From contig OZ024744.1 in the NCBI GenBank assembly GCA_964016885.1, positions 49,600,001 to 49,664,000 of the forward strand: DNA of 64,000 bases. The letters run 5' to 3'. The stretch comes from Eledone cirrhosa. Its lineage: Eukaryota. Shown piece after piece: positions 37,300 to 53,004 of the stretch; positions within the stretch are counted from its first letter, which is position 1; each line of letters starts with the position of its first letter. The notes under the pieces are model-generated. The model was not told the origin of the DNA. It did no database searches and worked only from the letters and a program-made list of their open reading frames with translations. The position numbers were made by a program, and so were the translations under genes.

Positions 37300-38961
37300 A
37301 CCATCGGCAAGATACTGCAGAAACAATACTGCTCTGTTTTCAGCAATCCTGATATGGCCGATCTAGGCTGTATCAGTGATATTAACCCCCAACACACTAT
37401 ATCAGACATAACGTCTGGCGCCCTTGATGCCTTAGTGGAAATAAACGAAATTAAACACAATTCAGCAGTAGGCCCCGACAGGTTCCCTGCTTGTGTCCTG
37501 AAGGAGTGTCGACACCAACTTGCATCTGCTCTTGCTAATCTGTGGAGGAGCTCACTGGATACTGGCTATATTCCTGAAAACTTTCTGTCCCAGTCTTCAA
37601 AAGGGGAAATAAGTCCCTTGCAGTGAACTACCGTCCGATCTCACTCACCTCTCATATTATCAAGGTATTTGAGAGGGTGGTGAGATCACGAATAACCCAC
37701 TTTCTTGAAAGCAACGGCCTGCTGAACTCCAACCAACATGGGTTCCGTAATGGAAGGGACTGCCTAACGCAGCTCCTGCATCACTTTGACAATGTTTTGA
37801 GAGCTCTGGGAAAGGGCTCAACACTGATGTCATCTACCTTGATTTCAGCAAGGCCTTTGACAGGGTTGAGCATAAGATTCTACTGAAAAAACTATCCAAT
37901 ATTGGTGTCTTTGGAAAGTTACTACAGTGGATCAAATGATTCCTGACAGACAGAACCTAACACATAGTCAAGCACACCAACATAAGAATCTTCGCAGATG
38001 ATTCCAAGCTACAAAGGGTAATCAATGAGGTGGGTGACTGGACTTGCCTTCAGTCAGACCTACTGGCTGTTATCCAATTGGCAGAAAAGAATAATATGCT
38101 GTTGAATGAGGATGAGTTTGAATTAATCCACTTTGGAAAAAAGGATGCCCAGAAACTACCATATTCTTTTCCTTCGAGTGAAACTCTAGTGGCATCCAAT
38201 AACATCAGAGACCTGGGAGTAATTGTGGACCACAACATAAGCTGGGCCACTCATATAAACAGCAAAGGTGATATGGCCCGCAGAATGTGTTCCTGGATTA
38301 TCAGAACCTTCCAGTCGAGAGATATCCACACTGTTATCCTTCTCTTCTCCACTTTTGCCCGACCCCACCTTGAATACTTTGTCAACTGTGGTCTCCCCAC
38401 ATGAAACAAAGTATCATGAAAGTTGAAGCACCCCAAAGATCGATTACAAAAAAGATAGATGGCATGACAGGCCTTGACTATTGGAGTTGATTAGAAAAGC
38501 TTAACCTTTATTCTCTCCAGCGTCGCTGTGAGCGCTACATTATCTGTATGATGTGGAAAATATTCCATCAGCTTTGCCCAAATGATGTTGGCATCACCTT
38601 TAATGTACACCCAAGGCTTGGGCCCCGTGCTATCCGCCCACGACAAAAATCTCATTCGCACCTCATAACAATATTATGGCACAATTATTTCACCTCAATT
38701 GGCCCTGCTCTCTTTAACATTACACCAAAACACATCAAAACAGAAACAGACCCCATCAAGTTCAAGAAGACTTTGGACAAATTCCTTCAAGAAATCCCGG
38801 ATAATCCTCCTACACCCGGATATGCCTCCGTAAACAATAACTCTCTGTTCAAGTGGGCCATGGTGCCCAAACCCTGATTTGTAAGACTTCGCCAGGTGGT
38901 GCTATTAAATTAGACATGGCCTGGGTCAGTACTGGCCGAAACCTATCAAAGTTATCAAAGT

Positions 38962-38963
<2 letters not shown>
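37300..38963 (+). mobile_element. CR1-group LINE, 5'-truncated, decayed
   Basis: NYRPISLTSHIIKVFE, QHGFR, DFSKAFD, FADD, RDLGV, RPHLEY. The PQG motif is deleted at ~37970. 3' (TTATCAAAG)n-like tail. Confidence 0.9.
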
Positions 38964-38992
<29 letters not shown>

Positions 38993-39032
38993 ATATACAT
39001 ACATACATACATATATATATATATATACATAC

Positions 39033-39063
<31 letters not shown>

Positions 39064-39064
39064 C

Positions 39065-39110
<46 letters not shown>

Positions 39111-39200
39111 ATACATATACATATACATATATATATATACATACATATATATATACATATAGAATACACAAGAATCAAAGCTATGTTAGAACATTTAATT

Positions 39201-39245
39201 GCTGACAATTGTTTCTTCCAAGCCTCGGCTTGGAGTCTTCATAGC
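39201..39245 (-). ncRNA. Minimal hammerhead motif inside a 27-bp-arm fold-back (39159-39266)
   Basis: GCT-ATGAAGA-C-TCCAAGC-CGAG-GCTTGGA-A-GAAA-CAATTGT-C-AGC; palindromic helix III ACAATTGT; GUC; first core C>A. Confidence 0.72.
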
Positions 39246-39489
39246 TGTGATTCTTGTGTATTCTATATAACTGCTCTGTAAAACAACTGATGTTCTTACA
39301 TTGAGCTATTTATCTTACTGGTAATAAGGTAGTAATAAATTACTGACCTTAACTGTTTATAGTTGTATATAGTATAGTATATACATAACTATAAATAGTA
39401 TCCTTAATATTATATATACATGCATATATATACGTCTAACCCATGCTAGCATAGAAAATGGACGTTAGACGAAGATGATGATGATATAC

Positions 39490-39522
<33 letters not shown>

Positions 39523-39607
39523 CATATATACATACATATATATACATATATATATATACATATATATACATATCCATACATCTATATACATACATCTATA
39601 TATATAC

Positions 39608-39640
<33 letters not shown>

Positions 39641-39652
39641 CATATATATACA

Positions 39653-40235
39653 TACGTTGGTATGGTCACGTGATGCGCAGGAAAGACGACAGCTGTATAA
39701 AAAAGTGCAGGGCGATCAAAATTGATGGAAGTTACGTAGGTAGACCCAGAAAAACCTGAGACGATTTGATAAATTCTGACCTTACACACTGACAATTCTC
39801 TAAAACAATGTGGCGAGATCTGTGGCGCTATGCAATAATACAGAAGACCTGCCTTCCCTATGTACAAAGCGAAACCTACAGTCAGTAGGCACCTCTTAAC
39901 CAAATATACACCCCAATCCACTACTCCTACCTTTCCTAACACCACCCTCTCTCTGTAAAGTTGGTACCACAACATCCAGTCCTAAATAAAAGAGATAATG
40001 AGTCACAAAGTCCACGCTGTAATGTGGCCATGTAGGTAACACAGTAAAAAGTTTCCAGTTCCACACTGTAAATGTGGTTGGTGTTAGGAAGGGCATCCAA
40101 CCATAGAAAACCTGCCAGATAGTCCTATATGAGCGAGACACGGTCACCCGACCAACCTTGCCTCAAGTGGGACAACTCCCGTCTAACCCATGCTAGCGTG
40201 GAAGATGGACTTTAAACAAAGATGATGATGATGAT
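39653..40235 (+). mobile_element. RTE 3' fragment
   Basis: RWYGHVMR...GRPRKT, 3' UTR and (GAT)n. Confidence 0.9.
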
Positions 40236-40246
40236 ATATATATATA

Positions 40247-40558
40247 TCATCATAATTTTACGTCCGCTTTTCCCTGCTTGCAAGGGTGGGACGGGAACTG
40301 ATTCTGGCTTGATTTCTACAGCTGGATGCCCTTCCTAACACCAACCTCATTTACAGTGAGTGCTGGGTGCTTTTTTTCCTAACACCAACCTCATTTACAG
40401 TGAGTGCTGGGTGCTTTTTTTCCTAACACCAACCTCATTTACAGTGAGTGCTGGGTGCTGTCTTGCTCAAGGAAACAACACATCACCCGGTCTGAGAATT
40501 GAACTCACAACCTTTTGATTGCAAGGCCAATGCTCTAACCACTAAGCCATGTGCCTCC
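40247..40558 (-). mobile_element. RTE-tailed SINE whose core is replaced by a 3x44-bp tandem repeat
   Basis: TTCCTAACACCAACCTCATTTACAGTGAGTGCTGGGTGC at 40332, 40376 and 40420. Confidence 0.88.
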
Positions 40559-40740
40559 ATATATATATACAAAAATAAATACATATATATACATATCTAT
40601 ACATATATATTTATAAATACATATGTACATATACACATATTCATATATATGCAGATACATATATATACAAATATATATACACACACATATATATATACAT
40701 TTATATGTATATATATATACATATATATACACACACTCAG

Positions 40741-40773
<33 letters not shown>

Positions 40774-40776
40774 ACC

Positions 40777-41500
40777 ATGACAGCTGTATAAAAAAGTATA
40801 GAGCGCTGAAAGTTGATGGAAGCCAAGGATTTGGAATAACCAGGTAGACTTGGGATGAGTTGATAAACATTGACCTTGCATAGTTGCATCATCACACTTA
40901 CTGCCATATACCTCCCATATCCTAACACACTACTCCTTACACATGCCCAAATATCATCACACATGCCCTCCTCAATCATCACACACCACTCCCACCAAAT
41001 TCTCCAGCTACACCGTAAAGTTCTCGTGATTGAAACATGACAATAAACGCTCACGCCAAACTGTAAAATGGTTGTGTAGGTGTCATGAAAAACGGCATCC
41101 AGCCCACACTGTAAAGTAGTTGTGTAGGTGTCACAACAACCAGCAACCAGCCCACGCTGTAATGTGGTTGTGTAGGTGTCACGACAAACAACAGCCAGTC
41201 CACACTGTAAAGTGGTGGTGTAGGTGTCACAACAAACAGCAACCAGCCCACACTGTAATGTGGTTGTATAGGTGACACGACAAACAACACCCAGTCCACA
41301 CTGTAATGTGGTCGTGTAGGTGTCATGATAAAAAACACCCAGTACAAACTGTAAATGAGAATGGCATTAGGATGGACATCCAGCTGTAGAAACCAAATCA
41401 AAATCAATTCTGTATGAGTAAGACGTGATCACCTGACCTGGCATTGCTCACAATAGGACAACTTGTCTAACCCATGCTAGTGTAATGTACGTTAAACCAT
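40777..41500 (+). mobile_element. Old RTE 3' fragment with 7x ~48-bp 3' UTR minisatellite
   Basis: [14 protein letters not shown] remnant; units CCACACTGTAA(A)TGTGGTTGTGTAGGTGTCAC at 41059-41385. Confidence 0.85.
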
Positions 41501-41603
41501 AAACATATATACAGATATATAGTTATAGATATATACATATAAATATGTATCTATATATATATATGTATATATCTATATACATATATCTATCTATATATAT
41601 ATA

Positions 41604-41947
41604 TCATCATTCATCATCATTTCATTTTACGTCCACTTTTCCCTGCTTGCAAGGGTGGGATGGGAACTGATTCTGGCTTGATTTTTACAGCTGGATGCCC
41701 TTCCTAACACCAACCTCATTTACAGTGTGGGCTGGGTGCTTTTTTGCCGTGGCACCTCCACGACCACTTTGCAGTGGAATGATAGGGACCGCAGTCCCTA
41801 TCATCTCATTTCTACAGCTGAGTAAACTGGAGCAATGTGAAATAAAGTGTCTTGCTCAAGTAAACAACACATCACCCGGTCTGAGAATTGAACTCACAAC
41901 CTTTCGATTGCAAGGCCAATGGTCTAACCACTAAGCCATGTGCCTCC
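41604..41947 (-). mobile_element. tRNA-derived SINE (RTE-tailed)
   Basis: Full-length copy, followed by (GA)n at 41952-42078. Confidence 0.9.
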
Positions 41948-42082
<135 letters not shown>

Positions 42083-42536
42083 TATGAAATTACACTAGTG
42101 TTGATGATATAAAGGATAAAAGCTCATGGTACAATTTATAAAGTGGGTGGGGATATGAAGGGATCCAATTTTAGAATGCTTGCCAACAAAGGTTTATAAG
42201 AAACCTTTAGTTGTCTCAAAGAGGTGACAAGCGCTCCTGTGTAATCAATTGAATGTGAGTACATGTGTAAGAGAGATACCAAGCCTTGGCCTGTCTGGGG
42301 GGTCAGTAGCCTCGCTTCAGCACTGACTTTGTCAATATAGACCATTCTAAACCTGCTTATATACATACACAAACACACGTATATATATATATACACACAT
42401 CATCATTATAATCATCACCATCATCATTGTCATTTAACGTCCATCTTCCACGCTAGCATGGGTTAGACGGTTTTGTTCCATTTGATGCGGGATTGGTTGG
42501 GAGGCCGTGTCTCGATACACAAATATATATACATGA

Positions 42537-42581
<45 letters not shown>

Positions 42582-42898
42582 CACACACACACATACATAT
42601 ACATATACATATATATATTTATATATCCATATATATATATCCATATATATATATGTATACATATATACATATATGCATATATATGTATATACATATATAT
42701 ATATATTTATATATCCATATATATATATATGTATACATATATGTATATACATATATGCATATATATGTATATACATATATATATATATACCTATATATAT
42801 ATATATATATATACCTATATATATATATATACCTATATATATATGTAGATATATATACATACACACACACATACATATATGCACATACATATATATGC

Positions 42899-42935
<37 letters not shown>

Positions 42936-43014
42936 TATATATATATATATATAACTATATATATATATATAGGTATATATATATATATTTATATATATAT
43001 AGATATGTATATGC

Positions 43015-43048
<34 letters not shown>

Positions 43049-43158
43049 GTATATATATATAGATGTCTATATACATATATGGATATATATATATATATAT
43101 ATATATAGATGTCTATATACATATATATATATATAGATGTCTATATACATTATATATA

Positions 43159-43220
<62 letters not shown>

Positions 43221-43500
43221 TTATATATATACATACATATATACAAAAAGGACCCAGTCTATCCTGCAAAATGGTCATGTTGGTAACACTACGAAAAGCA
43301 CCTGTAAAAGCACCCTCTAAAGTGGTTGGCTTTATGAAGGGTATCCAGCCATAAACCAGTTGCGTATGAGCAAGGCACAGTCACCATATATGATTTGTCT
43401 AACAACCGGAAGATCCCGTCTAACCCATGTCAGCACGGATAATAGACGTTAAACGCTGATGAGGATGATGATGATATTCATATATAATGTAGCATTTGGT

Positions 43501-43538
43501 TGTTACTGCTATTTATATAAATATAAATTTGATATTCC

Positions 43539-43582
<44 letters not shown>

Positions 43583-43620
43583 GGAATATCAAATTGATAT
43601 TTATATAAATAGCAGTAACA
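43501..43620. repeat. Palindrome centred on (TA)n
   Basis: 43501-43542 and 43579-43620 are inverted (about 2 mismatches) around a self-complementary (TA)n core. Confidence 0.9.
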
Positions 43621-43640
43621 ATATTTATATAAATAGCAGT

Positions 43641-43677
<37 letters not shown>

Positions 43678-43795
43678 AATACACACATTTCATGTGTGTA
43701 TCTTAAATATATGGCAAAAAATATTTTTCCAGTTTCATAATCAAGATAGAGAGTATACACAGATTTATATATATATATATGTATATATATATGTA

Positions 43796-43874
<79 letters not shown>

Positions 43875-43980
43875 TTATGTATGTGTTAGTAATATATATA
43901 TATATATAAGGTATATATATATATGTATATATATATATACACACATACATATGCATATATATATATATATACACACATGC

Positions 43981-44042
<62 letters not shown>

Positions 44043-44151
44043 GAATCATTTAGAGACAGATTCTGCTGACAGACCCCACTGGGGGACGCTTCCCCCACAA
44101 CACTCTCCAGAATAATGGGGCAAAGAAGACGTGTATATATATACGGATATA

Positions 44152-44182
<31 letters not shown>

Positions 44183-44211
44183 GTGTATGTGTGTGTGTGT
44201 GTGTGTATGTA

Positions 44212-44360
44212 TATAAAAGGTAAACAGAAATAACAAAAAAAAACAGTACAGTACATGAAAGAAATATATTAGTTTAACGCTTGAAATAGCAGGAAGGGAG
44301 ACTTAACGTTTCAGACACTAGTCTTTCATCAGAAGACAGAGTTAGAAATAGAAGATAAAT
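44212..44360 (-). mobile_element. Solo PLE pseudo-LTR fragment with hammerhead (44302-44335)
   Basis: Homologous to 15705-15880 and 20095-20240. HHR reads CTT-CTGATGA-A-AGAC-TAGT-GTCT-GAAA-CGT-T-AAG with an intact core. Confidence 0.8.
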
Positions 44361-44599
44361 AGAAAGTAAAGAGTGGTGAGAGGAAGATAATGAAGAAAAT
44401 TAGTAAAAATGAGAGAGAAAAAAAAACACATGCATTATCAGTTGTGCATATATATGCACATACATATATAGACCTATATATCAATATATATATGTGTATA
44501 GGCATATATATATGCATATATATATGTGTGTGTATAGGCATATATATATGCATATATATATATATGTGTATAGGCATATATATATGTATATATATGTGT

Positions 44600-44636
<37 letters not shown>

Positions 44637-44737
44637 TATATATATATATATATGCATATATATATATATATATATGCATATATATATATATATATATATG
44701 CATATATATATATATATGCATATATATATATATATGC

Positions 44738-44784
<47 letters not shown>

Positions 44785-44785
44785 C

Positions 44786-44822
<37 letters not shown>

Positions 44823-44832
44823 CATATAAATA

Positions 44833-44870
<38 letters not shown>

Positions 44871-44909
44871 CATACATATATATATATATATATACATATA
44901 TATACATAC

Positions 44910-45020
<111 letters not shown>

Positions 45021-45026
45021 CATACA

Positions 45027-45100
<74 letters not shown>

Positions 45101-45211
45101 CATACATATATATATATACATATATATATATATACATATATATACATATATATATATATACATACATACATACATATATACACATATATATATACACATA
45201 TATATATATAT

Positions 45212-45418
<207 letters not shown>

Positions 45419-45429
45419 TATATATATAT

Positions 45430-45520
<91 letters not shown>

Positions 45521-45524
45521 TACA

Positions 45525-45674
45525 CATTATTTCTGAAGACGGCGTATATATGTGTTGGTATGTATATTTAATCTTGATAGTTTGTATAATTTTGTATAAT
45601 TTTGTACATAGATCTGTTGAATATGCATGCCAACTCTAACACATATATATCCTAGAAACGATCGTTAAATAGTG
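45525..45674 (+). ncRNA. Type-I hammerhead with ~115-nt helix II
   Basis: CATTATTT-CTGAAGA-...TATATATGTGTTGG TATGTATATTTAA...TTGAATATGCATGCCAAC.CTAACACATATATA...-GAAA-CGATCGT-T-AAATAGTG; 8-bp stem I; palindromic helix III. Confidence 0.78.
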
Positions 45675-45734
45675 AACTTTTTTTGTTTAATATAAGGAAT
45701 TGTTGATTCATTATTTGTTTAATATTTTATATAT

Positions 45735-45882
<148 letters not shown>

Positions 45883-45884
45883 GC

Positions 45885-45923
<39 letters not shown>

Positions 45924-45952
45924 CATATATATATATACATATATATATATGC

Positions 45953-45990
<38 letters not shown>

Positions 45991-45992
45991 GC

Positions 45993-46077
<85 letters not shown>

Positions 46078-46087
46078 TATATACATA

Positions 46088-46220
<133 letters not shown>

Positions 46221-46246
46221 GCATATATATATATATATATATGTGC

Positions 46247-46283
<37 letters not shown>

Positions 46284-46425
46284 TATATACATATATATAT
46301 ATTTATATAAATATATATATAACTAAATATATATATATACATACATATATATACACATATATACACATATATCATCATGATCATCATTTTATGTCCGCTT
46401 TTCCCTGCTAGCAAGGGTGGGACGA

Positions 46426-46472
<47 letters not shown>

Positions 46473-46586
46473 CACACACATATATATATATATATATACA
46501 CATATATACACATACACATATATATACATATACATATATATATAAATATAAATACATATATATATATATATACATACATATATATA

Positions 46587-46669
<83 letters not shown>

Positions 46670-46958
46670 TTATTCATATATATATATATATATATATATA
46701 TTTATTTATTCATATATATATTTATTTATATATTATTAGTACAGATTAAAAGTTTAGGCAATGAATTTCTGCTTTCTCTCAAAGTTGGAACATCTGAAAG
46801 TCAGATTATATACATTTATATACATACATATTATGTCTGTATGTATGAGAGGCAACAGGTAAAATATATCGTTATATGCCTGTGCATTTGTGCACGTGGA
46901 TATATGTATGCATGTATGAGAAATCTCACCTGCCTATTTAAATATATATGTATACCTA

Positions 46959-47000
<42 letters not shown>

Positions 47001-47110
47001 TATATATATTTACATATATGGATATATATGGATATATATATATATTTATATATATGTATATATATATATATATATATGTGTGTATATATATATATATATG
47101 TATTTATATA

Positions 47111-47187
<77 letters not shown>

Positions 47188-47867
47188 GTGTTTGTGTGTG
47201 TGTGTAAATGCGTTTGTATGCATTTGCGTGTATACATATTAACATATACTACAGGTATGCATATGCTTCTTTTTCAATACGTTTTAATATGTACCTTTGT
47301 ATGTATGTTTATATATATATATATATATATATATGCATACATATACACATAGAAACACACACACTTATACATACATACATAGAAACACACATACATACAT
47401 ACATACATAGAAACACACATACACACTCATACATACATCCATATACATACATACATACATACATACACGTGTATATTTACTCACCTGGTAAAAATGTTCA
47501 TGATACCTTTTGTATATACATGTACATATATATATTCACACATATACATAAACATACATGCAACTAATATATATATATATATATATATATATTAGTTTCT
47601 GTGGCTAAGATTTCACTGTGTATGATGGTTTATCCATTTGATCTTTCTGCAGCAGTGTGACGTTAAGGTAGAATGTGTGTATGTGTGTATATGTAGTTTG
47701 TATGTGTTTATATATATGCGTGTGCTTTTCGCAGCAGTTTGTCTGTAAAGGTAGAATACATGCGTGTATGTGTATTTGTGTGAGTGTTTGTCCTCACAGG
47801 TAGTGTGTCTAGATAGACAGATATTTAAGCGTTAAATGTATGTATGTATGTATGTATGTATGTATGT

Positions 47868-47903
<36 letters not shown>

Positions 47904-48022
47904 GTATATACATATGTATATACATATGTATATATATATATATATATACCTATATATATATATGTATATATATGTATGTATATATATATATAAATATATA
48001 TATATGTATATTTACATAGATA

Positions 48023-48100
<78 letters not shown>

Positions 48101-48201
48101 TATTTACATAGATATATATGTATATATATATATGTACATATATATATATGTATATATATATATGTACATATATATATATGTATATATATATATATATGTA
48201 C

Positions 48202-48245
<44 letters not shown>

Positions 48246-48353
48246 GTACATGTATATATATATATGTATATATATATGTACATATATATATGTACATATA
48301 TATATATATGTATATATATATGTATATATGTATATATATATATATACAGATAC

Positions 48354-48397
<44 letters not shown>

Positions 48398-48643
48398 ATA
48401 TATATGTGTATATACATATATATATATATATATACATGTATATATATATGTGTATATACATATATATATACACATATATATACATGTATATATATGTGTA
48501 TATACATATATATATATACATATATATATATGTGTATATATATATACATATATATATATATATGTGCGTATATACATATATATATATATATATACATATA
48601 TATATACATATATAAATACATATATATATACATATATATATAC

Positions 48644-48690
<47 letters not shown>

Positions 48691-49013
48691 CATATATATA
48701 TACATATATATACATATATATATACATATATAAATACATATATATATACATATACATATATATATACATATATATATGTTTATATATACATATATATATG
48801 TATATATATATATATGTATGTATATATATATAATATATATATATGTATATGTATATATATGTACATATATATATATGTATATATATATGTATGTATATAT
48901 ATATAATATATATATATGTATATGTATATATATGTACATATATATATATATATGTATATATATGTACATATATATATATGTACATATATATATATATATG
49001 TATATATATGTAC

Positions 49014-49045
<32 letters not shown>

Positions 49046-49059
49046 GTATATATATGTAC

Positions 49060-49091
<32 letters not shown>

Positions 49092-49137
49092 GTATGTATA
49101 TAAATATATATGTATATATATATATATATATATGTAC

Positions 49138-49168
<31 letters not shown>

Positions 49169-49173
49169 TGTAC

Positions 49174-49204
<31 letters not shown>

Positions 49205-49405
49205 TAAATATATATATACATATATATACATATAAATATATATATATATATGTGTATATATATATATATAAATATATATATACATATATATACATATAAA
49301 TATATATATACATATATATACATATATATATATACATATATGTATATATATATATATATAAATATATATATACATATATATACATATATATATATACATA
49401 TATGT

Positions 49406-49461
<56 letters not shown>

Positions 49462-49619
49462 TATATGTATATCCAAAGTGCTCAGGTGTGTTTATGCTTT
49501 CATGTACAACCTGTATATTTTCTTGCACACTCGCACATACTCACAAATACATGCATGCATGCATACATACATACATACATACATACATACATACATACAT
49601 ACATACATACACACATCAT

Positions 49620-49657
<38 letters not shown>

Positions 49658-50007
49658 CAAAATATATATATATATTGCTTGTATATACAATTTGCTTCAA
49701 TATACATACCTGTGTCGTTACGCACTCCGTGATGAAGTGTATACATGTACGTTTGTTAAAAATTCAATATACATACCTGTATCGGTACCTTGTCCGTGCT
49801 AAATTGTGTGTATACATATACGTATATATGCGTGTGTGTATATGTGTTGACTTGTGTTTAAACCTCTTTATACATTCTGTGTCTTCACTACAACGTTCTG
49901 TCTTCTACAAAACTCAAGCCGATGTGTACAAATATGTTTGTGTGTGTATGTGTGTAGATGTATGTTCATGAGACATACAACACTGTCTTTTTCTCAGCAG
50001 CCAGGCC

Positions 50008-50043
<36 letters not shown>

Positions 50044-50354
50044 ATATATATATATATATGTATATATATGTGTTTGTATGTGTGTGTTGTGTATCTGTGA
50101 CTATGTGCGTGTTGTGTGTTTAAGCTTGTCTTTTTTACATCATTCCCGACTTTCCATCAGCAGGGTGTTTAAAGGTGTGTAAGTTAAACTGTACACACAC
50201 ACGCGGACACACATATACGGGTGTGTGTGTTTGTGTGTGTATGTATATGAATGAATGAATGTGTGTGTGTGTCTCAGGGTGTCTTTGTGTCTAAGATTCA
50301 ATATACATACCTGTGTATTTACATGATCCGTGTTCAAGAATATACATAAATATA

Positions 50355-50396
<42 letters not shown>

Positions 50397-50430
50397 TATA
50401 TATATATGTGTATATATATATGTGTGTATG

Positions 50431-50464
<34 letters not shown>

Positions 50465-50643
50465 TAGATATATATACAAGCTGCTATTATTCGTCCAGTG
50501 TCTTTATACTCGCCATGTTAAAGTGTGCGTGAGTGTGTTATGGTTTGTTTGAGCTGACATATTCGTCTGGAGCTTCACTACCTTGCTCTTTCCTTCGACA
50601 GCAACTATAACAGTGTGTATATATGTGTATATGCGAGTATATG

Positions 50644-50691
<48 letters not shown>

Positions 50692-51044
50692 TGTGTGTGA
50701 AAAATATATATATATATATATATGTAGGTATCTGTATATGTAGATATATATGTATATGTGTATGTATTCAATAAGGTATGTTTGACGATGGGATATTCGT
50801 CTATATACACACTACCACGCTCTGGTCTTTCTTTGCATCAGCAGTCAAACTAAAGTGTGTTTTTCTGCTGTATATATACATATATGTATGTATATATACA
50901 TACATATATATATACATATATGTATGTATATATACATACATATATATATATACATACATATATATATATATATATATACACATTTACATATATACACATT
51001 TACATATATACACATTTACACACACACACTCACACACACACACA

Positions 51045-51112
<68 letters not shown>

Positions 51113-51375
51113 CATTTATATGCATATATATATTATATGTGTATGAATATATATGTGTGTGTGTGATATCAGAAATATCCAAGTGTATTAAGGTATATAC
51201 ACACGCGCGTGTTAGTGTACATGTCTATGTATGTTACATGTTTATACATTTTTGTTTGACGCAACTTACATATAGTTTACGTGAACCAAATTCTACTGAA
51301 ACAGCATTGGTCAACTAAAGGCTATCGTAGAAGAAACTTGTCCACGGTGCCATATTCATATATTGTATGCATATA

Positions 51376-52644
51376 TTGGGTTGGCAAGAAAGTAATTTCG
51401 GTTTTTTAATGGGAAATAAAAGTCATTTTTTTTTTCATACAAAGAATGAACTTTAATCAATTATATACGTATTTTCCATTTTGGTCGATGACCTTTTGCC
51501 ATCTTTCTGGCAACTTCATGATTCCGCGCTCATAGAACTTCTGGACCTTATCAGCCCCAAACTGAAGCATGTGAGATTTCAGGTCATCATCATTATGGAA
51601 AGTTTTACCATTCAAAGAATTTTGAAAACTTCTAAATAAATGGTAATATGATGGTGCAACGTCAGGGCTATATGGTGGATGTGACATCACTTCCCAACCA
51701 ATAATTTTTCACGAGTTAGCAAAGACGTGCGTAGTCTAGCGTTGTCATGGTGGAACACGATTCCTTTACGATTTGCCGTTTCTGGCCGTTTTTCTTTGAT
51801 TGCTTTCTCTAGTTTCATTATTAGTTGTTGACAGTAAACATCTGAATTGATTATTCGGTTCCTTGGAAGCAGCTCAAAATACACAACACCTTTGTAATCC
51901 CACCAAATTGACAGCATCACCTTATTTTTTTTTATGCAATTCAGCGTTCGATGTGGTTTGTGTGGTTCATTACGCTTGGACCATGATTGTTTTCGATTGA
52001 TGTTATTGTAGACAATCCATTTTTCATCACCAGTGATGATTCGTTTAAAAAAAAGGTCGATTTCATTGCGTTTGAGATGCATATCGCAAATATTGATTCG
52101 TTGAGTTAAGTGAATCTCTTTCAATTTATGTGGAGTCCAAATATCGAGCTTCTTAGCGAGTCCAAGACATTTTAAGTGAGTTTCAATTGTTGCGTATGAT
52201 ACATTTAACCTCTCTGCAATCTCTCACACAGTTATATGACAATCAGATTCAATTATGGCTTTGACTCGGTCATCATCAACTTCAGTAGGTCGACCAGAAC
52301 GTTGGTCATCTTTGAGTGAAAAATCTCCCGGACGGAATTTTTAAAACCATTTCTGACGTGTGTTCTGTTAAGCAATTAACACCATAAACTTCACACATCT
52401 CTTTGTGAGCCTCAGCAGCCTTCTTACCTTTAAGGAAATAAAAAAGCAAAATATGGCGAAAATGTTAATATTGACATTGAACTAACAGCTATAAACAAAA
52501 TTACGCGCAATTTGCTTCTAAAGTAAGCTAAAGGTAACGGCTATCAAATGTCAAAAAGAAACAATCATAACATTGACAAAAGTCATTAAAAAAAATTGTA
52601 ACTATCTATATGCGGAAAACGAAATTACTTTCTTGCCAACCCTA
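51376..52644 (-). mobile_element. Full-length mariner transposon (mellifera-subfamily-like), inactivated
   Basis: TIRs TTGGGTTGGCAAGAAAGTAATTTCG at both ends, TA flanks, ~1.27 kb. Confidence 0.93.
51457..52477 (-). pseudogene. Mariner D,D34D transposase pseudogene
   Basis: HFRHILLF, WTPHKLKEIHLTQRINIC, ITGDEKW, FHHDNAR, HPPYSPDVAPSY (third catalytic D>Y); frameshifts. Confidence 0.92.
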
Positions 52645-53004
52645 TATATATATATATATAATAAATAGAAATTGATTAACATATATATAAACATGAATAA
52701 TCGTTATGGCATGACACCCATAATTTTTATTTAGATTAAATTCATTTAATTTATCTTAATTTTGTATATATATATATATATATATATATATTAGTAAAAG
52801 GAAAAGAAAATGCTGACAAATTTTTCCCAGTGAAAAATAGTTTAATTAAGAATAAGTATAAATTAGTAATAAGTATTGGTTAGTATTCAGTTTTAGTTTT
52901 AAGCTTTTACCGGTTGCGTATTTCTAATGCTTTTCAAAAATAATTTTGAGATAGAGCGCTCGTGATGTTTGCTCTAATCTATTTTTTTTAATATATATAT
53001 ATAT

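Noticed and set aside
41059-41385. Regularly spaced repeats resembling a CRISPR array
   Set aside because: The context is eukaryotic, there are no unique spacers or cas genes, and the units derive from the RTE 3' UTR.
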